Shown here one piece after another: positions 1 to 8,651 of a stretch of DNA of 64,000 nt. The stretch spans positions 407 to 64,406 of the forward strand of contig JAGFCB010000076.1 of the NCBI GenBank assembly GCA_022394775.1, given 5' to 3'. The position numbers and the translations under genes were made by a program. Origin of the DNA: Candidatus Poribacteria bacterium. Its GTDB lineage: Bacteria > Poribacteria > WGA-4E > WGA-3G. How positions within the stretch are numbered: the first letter of the stretch is position 1; every line of letters starts with the position of its first letter. Under the pieces are notes generated by a model that searched no databases, was not told where the DNA came from, and worked only from the letters and a program-made list of their open reading frames with translations.

Positions 1-2
1 AC

Positions 3-1844
3 CGGCTCAAGGAGGAACGCGAGCGCGGTTTATCTATTGAGTTAGGTTTTGCCTACTTTGACTTGCCCGATGGCTCGCGCGCGGGTATCGTTGATGTACC
101 CGGACATGAAAAGTTTATCCGAAGCATGCTTTCGGGTGCTTACGGCATGGATATTGTCCTATTCGTCGTTGATGCGAAAGAGGGTGTCCAAGAACAGACG
201 CTTGAACACTTGGCAATCTTGGATCTACTTGGAATTTCAAACGGCATCCTTGTGATGACAAAATCTGACTTGGCGACCCCTGACGAATTAGCGGAAGCGA
301 CCGAGATGACCCAAGAGATGCTCGTCGGGACAAGCCTTGAAGGGATCCCGACTGTCAGCGTTTCCGCCATAACGGGTGCCGGTATTGAAATGCTGAAGCA
401 GACCATCGTTGAACAGGTAGTTCTCGCAACGAAAGCAGAGGAGAACGACGGTATTCCGCGACTGTATGTCGATCGGGTTTTTACTGTGCAAGGGTTTGGC
501 GTTATTGTGACTGGTACCCTGATCGGCGGATCCGTCAATAGGGATCAACGGATGGTGATTCTTCCGCAAGGCGATGCCGTTCGGGTCCGCGGAATACAGG
601 TGCACAATGAACCCGCCCCCGTCGCACAAGCCGGACAAAGGACAGCCTTAAACCTTTCTGGCACCTCCGCACAGAATATTCAACGCGGTGATGTGCTCTG
701 TCCGATAGAGTTTTCGCGAGTGACGGACAATATAGATGTCTCCTTGCAAATTTTGTCCTCGTTCCCAAGAATTATTGAACACTGGAGCCGTTTCCGGGCA
801 TATCTGGGTACCCGCGAAATATTTTGCCGGTTAATCCTATTGATTGACGAAGCGATTCTACCCGGGGACAATGTGCAAGTTCAACTCCGATTGGAACAAC
901 CGATTTTAACTTTTAGGGGTGATAGAATTATCTTACGCGATTTCTCAGCGCAGCATACAGTCGGCGGGGGTGAAGTTATTAATCCGTTCGCACCTAAGCA
1001 TAGGCGGTTTACACCGGAAACTATTGCCACTTTAGCGGAATGGGAAGAAGCCGATGATGCGCAAATCGTTAATACTGTCCTGCTAAATAGCGAAACGCTT
1101 TGCATGCCAGAATCGTTCCTTTACTACTATTTACCGCATTCGCAAACGGATGTGAAAGCCATATTGAACGGGCTTGAAGCTCAAGGGAAAATTGTCCGTT
1201 GGGATCAATCGGGTAGAACACCTCTCGTCTCTGATGCGGAGCGAACAGCAGCCGCTAAAATGGAGATAGTAGAAGTATTGGAAGCGTTTCACGAGGCGCA
1301 ACCGCTCCTCGCTGGTCAGAATGCCTCGCAACTACGTCGAAAATTAAACTTGGATGAACTCAGTTTTGAGAAACTTGAGAATCGGCTCATTACCGATGGG
1401 CAACTCGCGAAAGAGGGTAACCTGCTCCGATTGGCATCTCACGAAATCCAGTTTTCTGAAGAGGAGGAGACCGCGAAAAAAACGTTGGAGAAACTGTTCT
1501 TGGAGGCAGGTATCAATACGCCGAGTCTCAATGCGCTCAATACATTATTACCAGAATACACGCCAAACGTACTTGAATCCACGTTTTACGCGCTGCTGAA
1601 CTTGGGACAATTCGTCAAAATAGCAGATAATTTTTTCACCCACAGAACCGTTTTTGAAGAAGTTAGCGAGTTATTAACTGCACATCTTCGCGAAAATGAG
1701 ACAATAACTGTTGCTGAATTCCGTGAAATGGCGCAAACCTCACGAAAATACGCCGTGCCGTTCTTAGAGTATTGTGACGCTCAGAACCTCACGATTCGAG
1801 ATGACAACGTCCGGAGGCTACACCCGCGGCACTTGCAAACATGA
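3..1844 (+). CDS. selB: Selenocysteine-specific translation elongation factor SelB, 5' end cut by the window edge
   Basis: The frame is open from nt 3 (RLKEERERGLSIELGFAYFDLPDG...), upstream of the TTG at 63 used by the ORF track. EF-Tu-like GTPase motifs DVPGHEKF and MTKSDL are present, followed by a long C-terminal extension. tRNA-Sec lies 44 nt downstream. Confidence 0.9.
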   Translation, partial: RLKEERERGLSIELGFAYFDLPDGSRAGIVDVPGHEKFIRSMLSGAYGMDIVLFVVDAKEGVQEQTLEHLAILDLLGISNGILVMTKSDLATPDELAEATEMTQEMLVGTSLEGIPTVSVSAITGAGIEMLKQTIVEQVVLATKAEENDGIPRLYVDRVFTVQGFGVIVTGTLIGGSVNRDQRMVILPQGDAVRVRGIQVHNEPAPVAQAGQRTALNLSGTSAQNIQRGDVLCPIEFSRVTDNIDVSLQILSSFPRIIEHWSRFRAYLGTREIFCRLILLIDEAILPGDNVQVQLRLEQPILTFRGDRIILRDFSAQHTVGGGEVINPFAPKHRRFTPETIATLAEWEEADDAQIVNTVLLNSETLCMPESFLYYYLPHSQTDVKAILNGLEAQGKIVRWDQSGRTPLVSDAERTAAAKMEIVEVLEAFHEAQPLLAGQNASQLRRKLNLDELSFEKLENRLITDGQLAKEGNLLRLASHEIQFSEEEETAKKTLEKLFLEAGINTPSLNALNTLLPEYTPNVLESTFYALLNLGQFVKIADNFFTHRTVFEEVSELLTAHLRENETITVAEFREMAQTSRKYAVPFLEYCDAQNLTIRDDNVRRLHPRHLQT

Positions 1845-1887
1845 ACATATCACTTTACTTTCTGCTTTTGATAGTTTTAAAAATTAT

Positions 1888-1981
1888 GGGGGAGGATAGG
1901 GTCCGGTGGCCCTACCGGTCTTCAAAACCGGCTTGTCCATGCATGTGGATAGGTGGGTTCGACTCCCACCCTCTCCCGCCA
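1888..1981 (+). tRNA. selC: tRNA-Sec (anticodon UCA), CCA encoded
   Basis: Hand fold: 8-bp acceptor stem GGGGGAGG/CCTCTCCC (one G-U); 6-bp D stem AGGGTC/GGCCCT with a 4-nt loop; anticodon stem CCGGT/ACCGG with loop CTTCAAA (TCA at 1922-1924); long variable arm; 5-bp T stem GTGGG/CCCAC with loop TTCGACT; discriminator G plus CCA. The 8/5 geometry is typical of bacterial tRNA-Sec. Confidence 0.88.
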
Positions 1982-2032
1982 CCTTTCTAAAAGTAGTCGG
2001 CATGTTTTTTGTGCTGTACGGTAAATTAAAAA

Positions 2033-2932
2033 ATGCTAAAGACGCTTCCGATGGTCAACGCAAAAATAGAACAACGCCGTCATCCGTCGTGGATAAAGGC
2101 GCGCATTCCGGGCGGTGATAACTACGCTGTGTTGAAAAAACTCATGCGAGATCTGCAACTCCACACCGTTTGCGAAGAAGCACGATGCCCGAATATCGGT
2201 GAATGTTGGAACAGCCGAACCGCCACTTTTATGATATTAGGCGATGTCTGTACGCGTCGGTGCATGTTTTGCGCTGTGAAAAAAGGGGCACCCGGCGGTG
2301 TTGTTGATACCGATGAACCGCGACGCCTTGGAGAAGCCGTCGGTTACTTAAAACTGAAACACATCGTTATTACCTCCGTGAATCGCGACGATCTCAATGA
2401 TGGCGGGGCAAGCGTCTTCGCCGAATGCATCGCTGAAGCCCGGAAACATCGTCCCGGATGTACCGTGGAGGTGCTTATCCCCGACCTTGAGGGGAATTGG
2501 GACGCGCTTGCGGTCATCGTGCAGGCACGTCCGGAAGTACTTAACCACAACACCGAGACAGTCCAACGTCTCTACCGTCGCGTCCGTCCTTATGCGAATT
2601 ACCAGCAGACCTTGACCCTCCTCCAAATTAGCAAACAGCTTGATGCCGAGATGCTCACAAAATCCGGTCTCATGGTCGGTTTAGGTGAAACTGTGACAGA
2701 ACTTTTGGAAACGATGCAGGACATTCGTAACACGGGGTGCGACATTCTTACCATCGGGCAGTATCTCTCACCTTCTGAACGCCATCTTCCGATTCAACGC
2801 TATTATACGCTTGAAGAATTTGACGAACTCAAAGAAGCAGGGATAGAGATGGGATTTCGGCATGTAGAATCGGGACCCCTGGTCCGGAGTTCTTACCACG
2901 CAGGAGAGCAGGCGAGATTAGGAGAAAATTGA
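2033..2932 (+). CDS. lipA: Lipoyl synthase
   Basis: Auxiliary cluster motif CEEARCPNIGEC and radical-SAM motif CTRRCMFC; 299 aa, a typical LipA length. Confidence 0.92.
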   Translation: MLKTLPMVNAKIEQRRHPSWIKARIPGGDNYAVLKKLMRDLQLHTVCEEARCPNIGECWNSRTATFMILGDVCTRRCMFCAVKKGAPGGVVDTDEPRRLGEAVGYLKLKHIVITSVNRDDLNDGGASVFAECIAEARKHRPGCTVEVLIPDLEGNWDALAVIVQARPEVLNHNTETVQRLYRRVRPYANYQQTLTLLQISKQLDAEMLTKSGLMVGLGETVTELLETMQDIRNTGCDILTIGQYLSPSERHLPIQRYYTLEEFDELKEAGIEMGFRHVESGPLVRSSYHAGEQARLGEN

Positions 2933-3169
2933 AATTACCGCTCACGACTGGGAATGTTTCATAGTGAAAATCTTACAGCAGAAAATCTAAAACTGAATGA
3001 CCCTACCGCCGAAAAAATGACGGTTTACATAAAATTTGATTTTTGGTAAACTAATATTCAAGAGATACATTTTGGCAAGAATGTGAAATACCCCACGTTT
3101 CCTTTACAACATCGTTTCTAAAGCAGAAAGAAATTAGAGTTGCAGCGTTACATGGATAGGGAGGCGGAC

Positions 3170-4897
3170 ATGAGCAGGTATATTTTTTCGGAAGCAGTGA
3201 ATTCTTGTATAGAGACAAAATGTTTAAGTTTTTCCATCTTTGTCGTAGTTTTAGTCCTTGTTGTGGTACCGGGCAGGGTTACAGCCAATAGCATGGCAGA
3301 CCTCCAACCTGTCACCAATGAGATGCTACTTTCCGCACAGGACGATCCCGAAAGTTGGCTGATGTATGGACGAGACTATAGGAGTTGGCGATACAGTCAA
3401 CTGAAACAGGTCAACACCGAAAACGTCAAGAGACTTGTTACAAAATGGGCATTTCAAATTGGGACACCCTACGATAAGTTTGAATGCACGCCGCTTGTTG
3501 TTGATGGTGTAATGATCATCACCACGCCTTATAGCACGATCTACGCCGTGGACGCGAGAACAGGTAAGGAAATATGGCGATACGATTATGAACTCCCTGA
3601 TGATTTGGCGATTTGTTGTGGTATGGTCAATCGCGGTGCCGCGATTCTCGGCGATAAGGTCTTTTGGACAACACTTGACGCGCATCTCCTGGCCCTTGAT
3701 GCCAAAACCGGTATAGTGTTATGGGATAGAGTCGTTGGCGACTTGACGAACGCTGAATCTTTGACTGTCGCGCCGTTAGTCGTTGGTGATAAAGTGGTTG
3801 TCGGTATCTCCGGCGCAGAATACGGTATCCGAGGCTATATTGATGCCTATTACGCTGAAACAGGTGAACAGGCATGGAGATTCTACACCGTCCCTTCAAA
3901 AGACGAACCCGGCGGTGATACCTGGGAAGGCGATTCGTGGATGACAGGTGGCGGATCCGCATGGGTCACAGGTTCGTACGACCCTGAATTGAATCTCGTC
4001 TATTGGGGAACAGGTAATCCCGCACCGGACTGGAACGGTGCTGTCCGGAGAGGCGACAACCTCTACACCGATTGCATTGTCGCATTGGATGCTGACACCG
4101 GAAAACTCAAATGGTATTTCCAAGCGACACCCCACGATCTTTGGGATTGGGACGGCGTGAGTGAACCTGTATTGATTGATATGGAGATTGATGGGCAACC
4201 GGTTAAAGCGTTGATGCAGGCGAATCGCAACGGTTACTTCTATGTGCTGGATAGGACCAACGGAAAATTCTTATACGCGAGCACCTATTGCGAAATGAAC
4301 TGGTCTGCCGGACTCGATGAAAACGGTCGTCCGACTGTCAAACCCGGTGTATCTACCTCAGAAGAGGGCACTATCCGTGTCTGTCCAGGGGTTGAAGGCG
4401 GGAAAAATTGGCCGCCCTCTGCCTATAATCCGCTCACAAACTACCTCTATGTTCCCTCGCTGGAACTCTGTGGCTCTTACCATCAAGGGCGTGTCTTCTA
4501 CTTGAAGGGTTTACCCTATCTCGGAAGCGGTATGACAGCCGAGAAAGACGAGGATGGGGACATGATGATGTGGGGACATATCAGTGCGATCGATATTTCT
4601 ACGGGTGAGGTTAAATGGCGGCACAAAACGAACTTTCCCCAATGGGGCGGATGCCTCACAACAGCAGGCGGCCTCGTCTTCGCAGGTGATTTAGAGGGAA
4701 GGTTTATGGCACTATCGGCAGAAAATGGCGAAGTCCTTTGGGATTTCCAAACCGGATCTGGGGTGCTCGCACCACCCATTACCTATCAACTTGATGGTGT
4801 CCAATACGTCGCGATAGCGTCAGGTGCTGTGAAATATGCTGAAGTTAATGCACGCCAAGGCGGAACCCTCTTTGTGTTCGCGCTTTTTGATGAGTAG
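3170..4897 (+). CDS. PQQ-dependent alcohol/methanol dehydrogenase family protein, XoxF-like (lanthanide-type signature)
   Basis: GGGAGG RBS 6 nt before the ATG at 3170, followed by a signal peptide. Quinoprotein features: N-terminal DPESWLMYGRDYRSWRYS, vicinal Cys-Cys (TGT TGT 3614-3619), and PHDLWDWDG (4133-4156) with D-W-D where Ca-type MxaF has D-Y-A. Confidence 0.85.
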   Translation: MSRYIFSEAVNSCIETKCLSFSIFVVVLVLVVVPGRVTANSMADLQPVTNEMLLSAQDDPESWLMYGRDYRSWRYSQLKQVNTENVKRLVTKWAFQIGTPYDKFECTPLVVDGVMIITTPYSTIYAVDARTGKEIWRYDYELPDDLAICCGMVNRGAAILGDKVFWTTLDAHLLALDAKTGIVLWDRVVGDLTNAESLTVAPLVVGDKVVVGISGAEYGIRGYIDAYYAETGEQAWRFYTVPSKDEPGGDTWEGDSWMTGGGSAWVTGSYDPELNLVYWGTGNPAPDWNGAVRRGDNLYTDCIVALDADTGKLKWYFQATPHDLWDWDGVSEPVLIDMEIDGQPVKALMQANRNGYFYVLDRTNGKFLYASTYCEMNWSAGLDENGRPTVKPGVSTSEEGTIRVCPGVEGGKNWPPSAYNPLTNYLYVPSLELCGSYHQGRVFYLKGLPYLGSGMTAEKDEDGDMMMWGHISAIDISTGEVKWRHKTNFPQWGGCLTTAGGLVFAGDLEGRFMALSAENGEVLWDFQTGSGVLAPPITYQLDGVQYVAIASGAVKYAEVNARQGGTLFVFALFDE

Positions 4898-4980
4898 TGG
4901 TCAGTTTTCAGTCATCAGTTAAGAGAGGATTTTGTTAACCCTAAATCTCCTTAACTGAAAGACGGATAAATGGGGGCACC

Positions 4981-5856
4981 GTGAAACATTATATCACTTT
5001 GTGGATTGCGCTTCTCATGTTGCCTATTTTGATGCTGCACAATGCAAACGCTGAGAGCACCTTGAAAGAAATTCGGGCAAAAGGGGTCTTAACAGTCTGC
5101 ATGGATATCCGGAATCTGCCCTATTCCAATGCCGATCCGGAGCTTCCTGGGTTATATGTTGAAATTGCACATCTACTGGCAGAGGAACTCGGCGTTAAAT
5201 TAGAACTCCACTGGCTTGACACCCTCCGTGATAGCCTGCTTGCTGATATGATACGCGGGCATTGTGACTGTGTGATCGGGGTCCCTATTGAAGAGCGCGC
5301 GATGGCTGAAGCAATCCAATTAGGTAAACGCGTTGACTTCTCTAAACCCTTTTACGGCACCGGTTATGTATTGGTGAAGCGAAAAGATAACCGACAGGCA
5401 CCTAAAAAGCTGGAAGACATCAAATTAGAAACGATTGGGGCAGAAGGCGGCTCCATCGCAAGCGATGTGCTTCGACAGCAGGGTTATAATCGCCGGGTTT
5501 ATGGTTCGCAAATTGCGGTCCTCAACGCGCTTCAGAAGGGACAAATCGCTTACGGTTGTATCTGGGCAAACGCGGGTTGGTTGATCGAGAAAGGTTCCCG
5601 AATCCAGCAGACAGAACAGATGCGTCGTGTTTATCCCGAATTAGAGATTGTTGAAGGGTACGTTCCTGAACCCCGCCTCCGTTGGAATGTTGCTATTGCT
5701 TTCAGCAAAGACACACCAACGCGAAAGACCCGCGAACTTCAAGATGTTGTTAACACAATCATTGAAGAGAAATGGAGCGATGAGAGCCTTAAAGCACTCT
5801 GTCAGAAGTATCATTTACCTTACTTCGCCCCGTTTCAGGAGGAGGAACAGAAATGA
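4981..5856 (+). CDS. Periplasmic substrate-binding protein (family 3), MxaJ/XoxJ-like partner of quinoprotein dehydrogenases
   Basis: Signal peptide, SBP_bac_3-like sequence, positioned between the PQQ dehydrogenase and the cytochrome c; 4-bp ATGA overlap with the next gene. Confidence 0.7.
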   Translation: MKHYITLWIALLMLPILMLHNANAESTLKEIRAKGVLTVCMDIRNLPYSNADPELPGLYVEIAHLLAEELGVKLELHWLDTLRDSLLADMIRGHCDCVIGVPIEERAMAEAIQLGKRVDFSKPFYGTGYVLVKRKDNRQAPKKLEDIKLETIGAEGGSIASDVLRQQGYNRRVYGSQIAVLNALQKGQIAYGCIWANAGWLIEKGSRIQQTEQMRRVYPELEIVEGYVPEPRLRWNVAIAFSKDTPTRKTRELQDVVNTIIEEKWSDESLKALCQKYHLPYFAPFQEEEQK

Positions 5857-6797
5857 TGTCCTTCAATCACAAGTTTGCGAGCGTGTTTTGTAAGCGTCCA
5901 ACTGCTACCACAAGCATAGCATCGGGTGTTCTCTTTCTCCTTTTGGCGGTTGGTTTATTCTTGTTTTCTCCTATAAATGCCCAAGAATTAGAGGTAGACA
6001 TTGCCCCCGAAGCACCGAGAGAAAGCACTAATGGGGAAGACGTTATAGACGGCGCGTTCTACTTCCGTTTGATGTGTTGGGGGTGTCATGCAGGCGAGAC
6101 ACGTGGCGGGAAAGCACCGGATCTCTTTAAACCACAATGGCTTTACGGATGGACTGATGACGGTATTTTCCAAACTGTATTCAACGGGATTCCAGGCACT
6201 CAGATGCAAAAATTTGGCGGCAAACTCTCTGATGAGGCAATTAATATGATTGTCGGTTATGTGCGTGAAGAGCAAGCGAAAGCCGCTGGAGTTGCCTTGG
6301 ATGCAACGAAGCCGTCTGAGGAATGGATACCTTATATGGAGGGTGATGTCAAAGCAGGTGAAAGCATCTTCTTTTCAGACGGATATGCTTGTGGTAAATG
6401 TCACACAGTTCACGGCAGAGGTGCTACTGGCACTGGCGGTGAGATAGGGCCCGATTTAACCTATGTCGCTCGGACGCGTTCTCCACAATTTATTGTAGAG
6501 TCTATCCTCAATCCGCGTGCCTATATTGCGGAGGCGTATGAGCTTCTCACTGTTGTCACTAAGGATGGAGAGGAAATTACGGGCAGGAAACGGTATTTGT
6601 ACGATCATAGAGGAAATGAGAATACTGACGTTGTGCAGATACTTGATAGTTCAGGGAAGTTGTGGACAACTTATTTCAAGAAGGATTTGCAGAGTAGTCG
6701 GGTCTCAAAAGCAGGGGTTATGCCTGAGAATTATGCAGATATCCTTTCAGTGAAGCAGATGCATGACCTTTTGGCATATCTGTTCACGTTGAAATAG
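5853..6797 (+). CDS. Membrane-anchored diheme cytochrome c (XoxG-like role; C-terminal Pirellula/Verrucomicrobium-type heme-binding domain)
   Basis: Two CxxCH motifs: CWGCH (6075-6089) and CGKCH (6390-6404). N-terminal hydrophobic anchor. CGKCHTVHGRG...GPDLT...ESILNP pattern. Translationally coupled to the upstream gene. Confidence 0.85.
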   Translation: MMSFNHKFASVFCKRPTATTSIASGVLFLLLAVGLFLFSPINAQELEVDIAPEAPRESTNGEDVIDGAFYFRLMCWGCHAGETRGGKAPDLFKPQWLYGWTDDGIFQTVFNGIPGTQMQKFGGKLSDEAINMIVGYVREEQAKAAGVALDATKPSEEWIPYMEGDVKAGESIFFSDGYACGKCHTVHGRGATGTGGEIGPDLTYVARTRSPQFIVESILNPRAYIAEAYELLTVVTKDGEEITGRKRYLYDHRGNENTDVVQILDSSGKLWTTYFKKDLQSSRVSKAGVMPENYADILSVKQMHDLLAYLFTLK

Positions 6798-6998
6798 CTA
6801 TCAGCAGTCAGGTCGCTTCGCTCTCAGCTTTCAGCAAAGAGGTTTTCGTTTAACAGCACCCTCTTTACTGATAGAAACCGATTGCCGATGGCTGACCGCT
6901 ATTCTAATAATACCGAAAACGCAGCCTATAATGTAATGGTTCTCACTGCAAAGCAGGATCTATATCAAAAACCGTCAAAGTTCAAATCCACGTTATTT

Positions 6999-7019
6999 AA
7001 CCGCAAGGAAATTTAAAAG
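6999..7019 (+). promoter_or_regulatory. Conserved leader/RBS motif AACCGCAAGGAAATTTAAAAG directly before the dapB start
   Basis: One of four near-identical copies abutting start codons (see also 11684, 13062, 41310). Confidence 0.6.
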
Positions 7020-7823
7020 ATGATTCGTGTAATTATTAATGGGGCTTGTGGTCGTATGGGACGGCTCATCATTCAAGGCGTTACCCAGCAAGCCGATATG
7101 GAACTTGTTGGCGCGATTGAGTACCCCGAACACCCACAGATCGGAAGTGATGCGGGTGTTGTCGCAGGTATTGGCGAAATTGGCGTAGCGATCACGAGTG
7201 AACTCGGCGATGTGCTCCGAAATGCAGATGTTGTCATTGAGTTCTCAAAACCCGAAGCAACTTTAGAACATCTCAGGCAAGTTGTCGAAGCAGATAAAGC
7301 GATGATAATCGCAACAACTGGGTTTAATACCGATGAACTCGCTGCGGTCCAAACACTCGCATCGCAGATTCGGTGTGTAATGGCACCGAACATGAGTCTC
7401 GGTGTCAATGTGATGATCCAAGCCTTGGAACTCATCGCGAAAGCCCTTGGCGACGATTATGATATTGAAGTGATAGAGGCACACCACAACCACAAAGCTG
7501 ATTCGCCGAGTGGAACCGCACTGCGGTTAGCGGAAACCGTTGCCACGGCATTAGAACGTGATTTAGATGAGGTAGGAGTCTATGGTCGGCACGGCATTGT
7601 GGGTGCGAGACCGAAAAAACAGATCGGCATCCATGCGGTACGAGGTGGCGACATCGCCGGAGATCATACAGTATTGTTTGCGACCGAAGGCGAGCAATTA
7701 AGTGTCGTCCATCGCGCACACAGTCCCGAAGCGTTCGCGAAAGGTGCGATTCGCGCTGCACGGTGGGTCGTCAATGCTCCCAGAGGGTTGCACGACGTTA
7801 GCGAAGTCCTTTTTCAGAAGTAG
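7020..7823 (+). CDS. dapB: 4-hydroxy-tetrahydrodipicolinate reductase, copy 1
   Basis: N-terminal GACGRMG Rossmann motif, EAHHNHKADSPSGTA catalytic signature; 267 aa. Confidence 0.93.
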   Translation: MIRVIINGACGRMGRLIIQGVTQQADMELVGAIEYPEHPQIGSDAGVVAGIGEIGVAITSELGDVLRNADVVIEFSKPEATLEHLRQVVEADKAMIIATTGFNTDELAAVQTLASQIRCVMAPNMSLGVNVMIQALELIAKALGDDYDIEVIEAHHNHKADSPSGTALRLAETVATALERDLDEVGVYGRHGIVGARPKKQIGIHAVRGGDIAGDHTVLFATEGEQLSVVHRAHSPEAFAKGAIRAARWVVNAPRGLHDVSEVLFQK

Positions 7824-7841
7824 TCGTTAGAAGGTATTCCA

Positions 7842-8651
7842 ATGATCCGTGTTGTTATTACTGGTGTTTGTGGTCGTATGGGGCAGTGTATTACGCGCTG
7901 TATCGCGCAACAAGCCGATATGGAACTTGTTGGCGCGATCCAATATCCATTGCACCCACAGATCGGAAGTGATGCGGGTATCGTCGCAGGTATTGATGCC
8001 ATCGGCGTAGCCATCACAGGTGAGCTTCATGACGTACTTCAAAACGCGGATGTTGTCATTGAGTTCTCAAAACCACAAGTAACACTCAGGTATCTTCAAC
8101 AGGTTGTCAACGCCGGTAAAGCCATCGTCATCGGAACAACTGGATTTACTGAAGATCAACTTGCGTCAGTCCAAGCACTCGCATCACAGATTCAGTGTGT
8201 GATGGCACCGAACATGAGTCTGGGGGTCAATGTGGCGATCCAAGCACTCGAATTAATTGCAAAAGCCCTCGGAGATGATTATAATATTGAAGTGATAGAG
8301 GCACACCACAATCACAAAACAGATGCCCCGAGTGGGACCGCACTCCGATTAGCGGAGACTGTTGCTACGGTGTTAGAACGTGATTTAGATGAAATTGGTG
8401 TTTACAGTCGGCACGGTATCGTTGGTGCGAGACCGAAAAAACAGATCGGCATCCATGCGGTGCGAGGTGGTGACATCGCGGGGGATCATACGGTGTTGTT
8501 TGCGACCGAAGGCGAGCAATTAAGTATCGTTCATCGCGCACACAGTCCCGAAGCATTCGCGAAAGGTGCGATTCGCGCTGCACGGTGGGTCGTCAATGCC
8601 CCGAAAGGATTGCACGATGTCAGCGAAGTCCTTTTTCAAAAGCATGACTAA
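7842..8651 (+). CDS. dapB: 4-hydroxy-tetrahydrodipicolinate reductase, copy 2 (tandem paralog)
   Basis: Same architecture as copy 1 (GVCGRMG, EAHHNHKTDAPSGTA). The C-terminal half is nearly identical to copy 1; the N-terminal dinucleotide-binding half is clearly more diverged. Confidence 0.93.
   Translation: MIRVVITGVCGRMGQCITRCIAQQADMELVGAIQYPLHPQIGSDAGIVAGIDAIGVAITGELHDVLQNADVVIEFSKPQVTLRYLQQVVNAGKAIVIGTTGFTEDQLASVQALASQIQCVMAPNMSLGVNVAIQALELIAKALGDDYNIEVIEAHHNHKTDAPSGTALRLAETVATVLERDLDEIGVYSRHGIVGARPKKQIGIHAVRGGDIAGDHTVLFATEGEQLSIVHRAHSPEAFAKGAIRAARWVVNAPKGLHDVSEVLFQKHD

Noticed and set aside
6798-7019. A possible lysine (L-box) riboswitch in the 220-nt leader of dapB.
   Set aside because: I could not find the conserved L-box core elements. 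The region is explained by the stop-proximal CTATCAG/CTGATAG hairpin module, the CCGATGGCTGAC repeat and the AACCGCAAGG leader. An Rfam scan would be needed to be certain.
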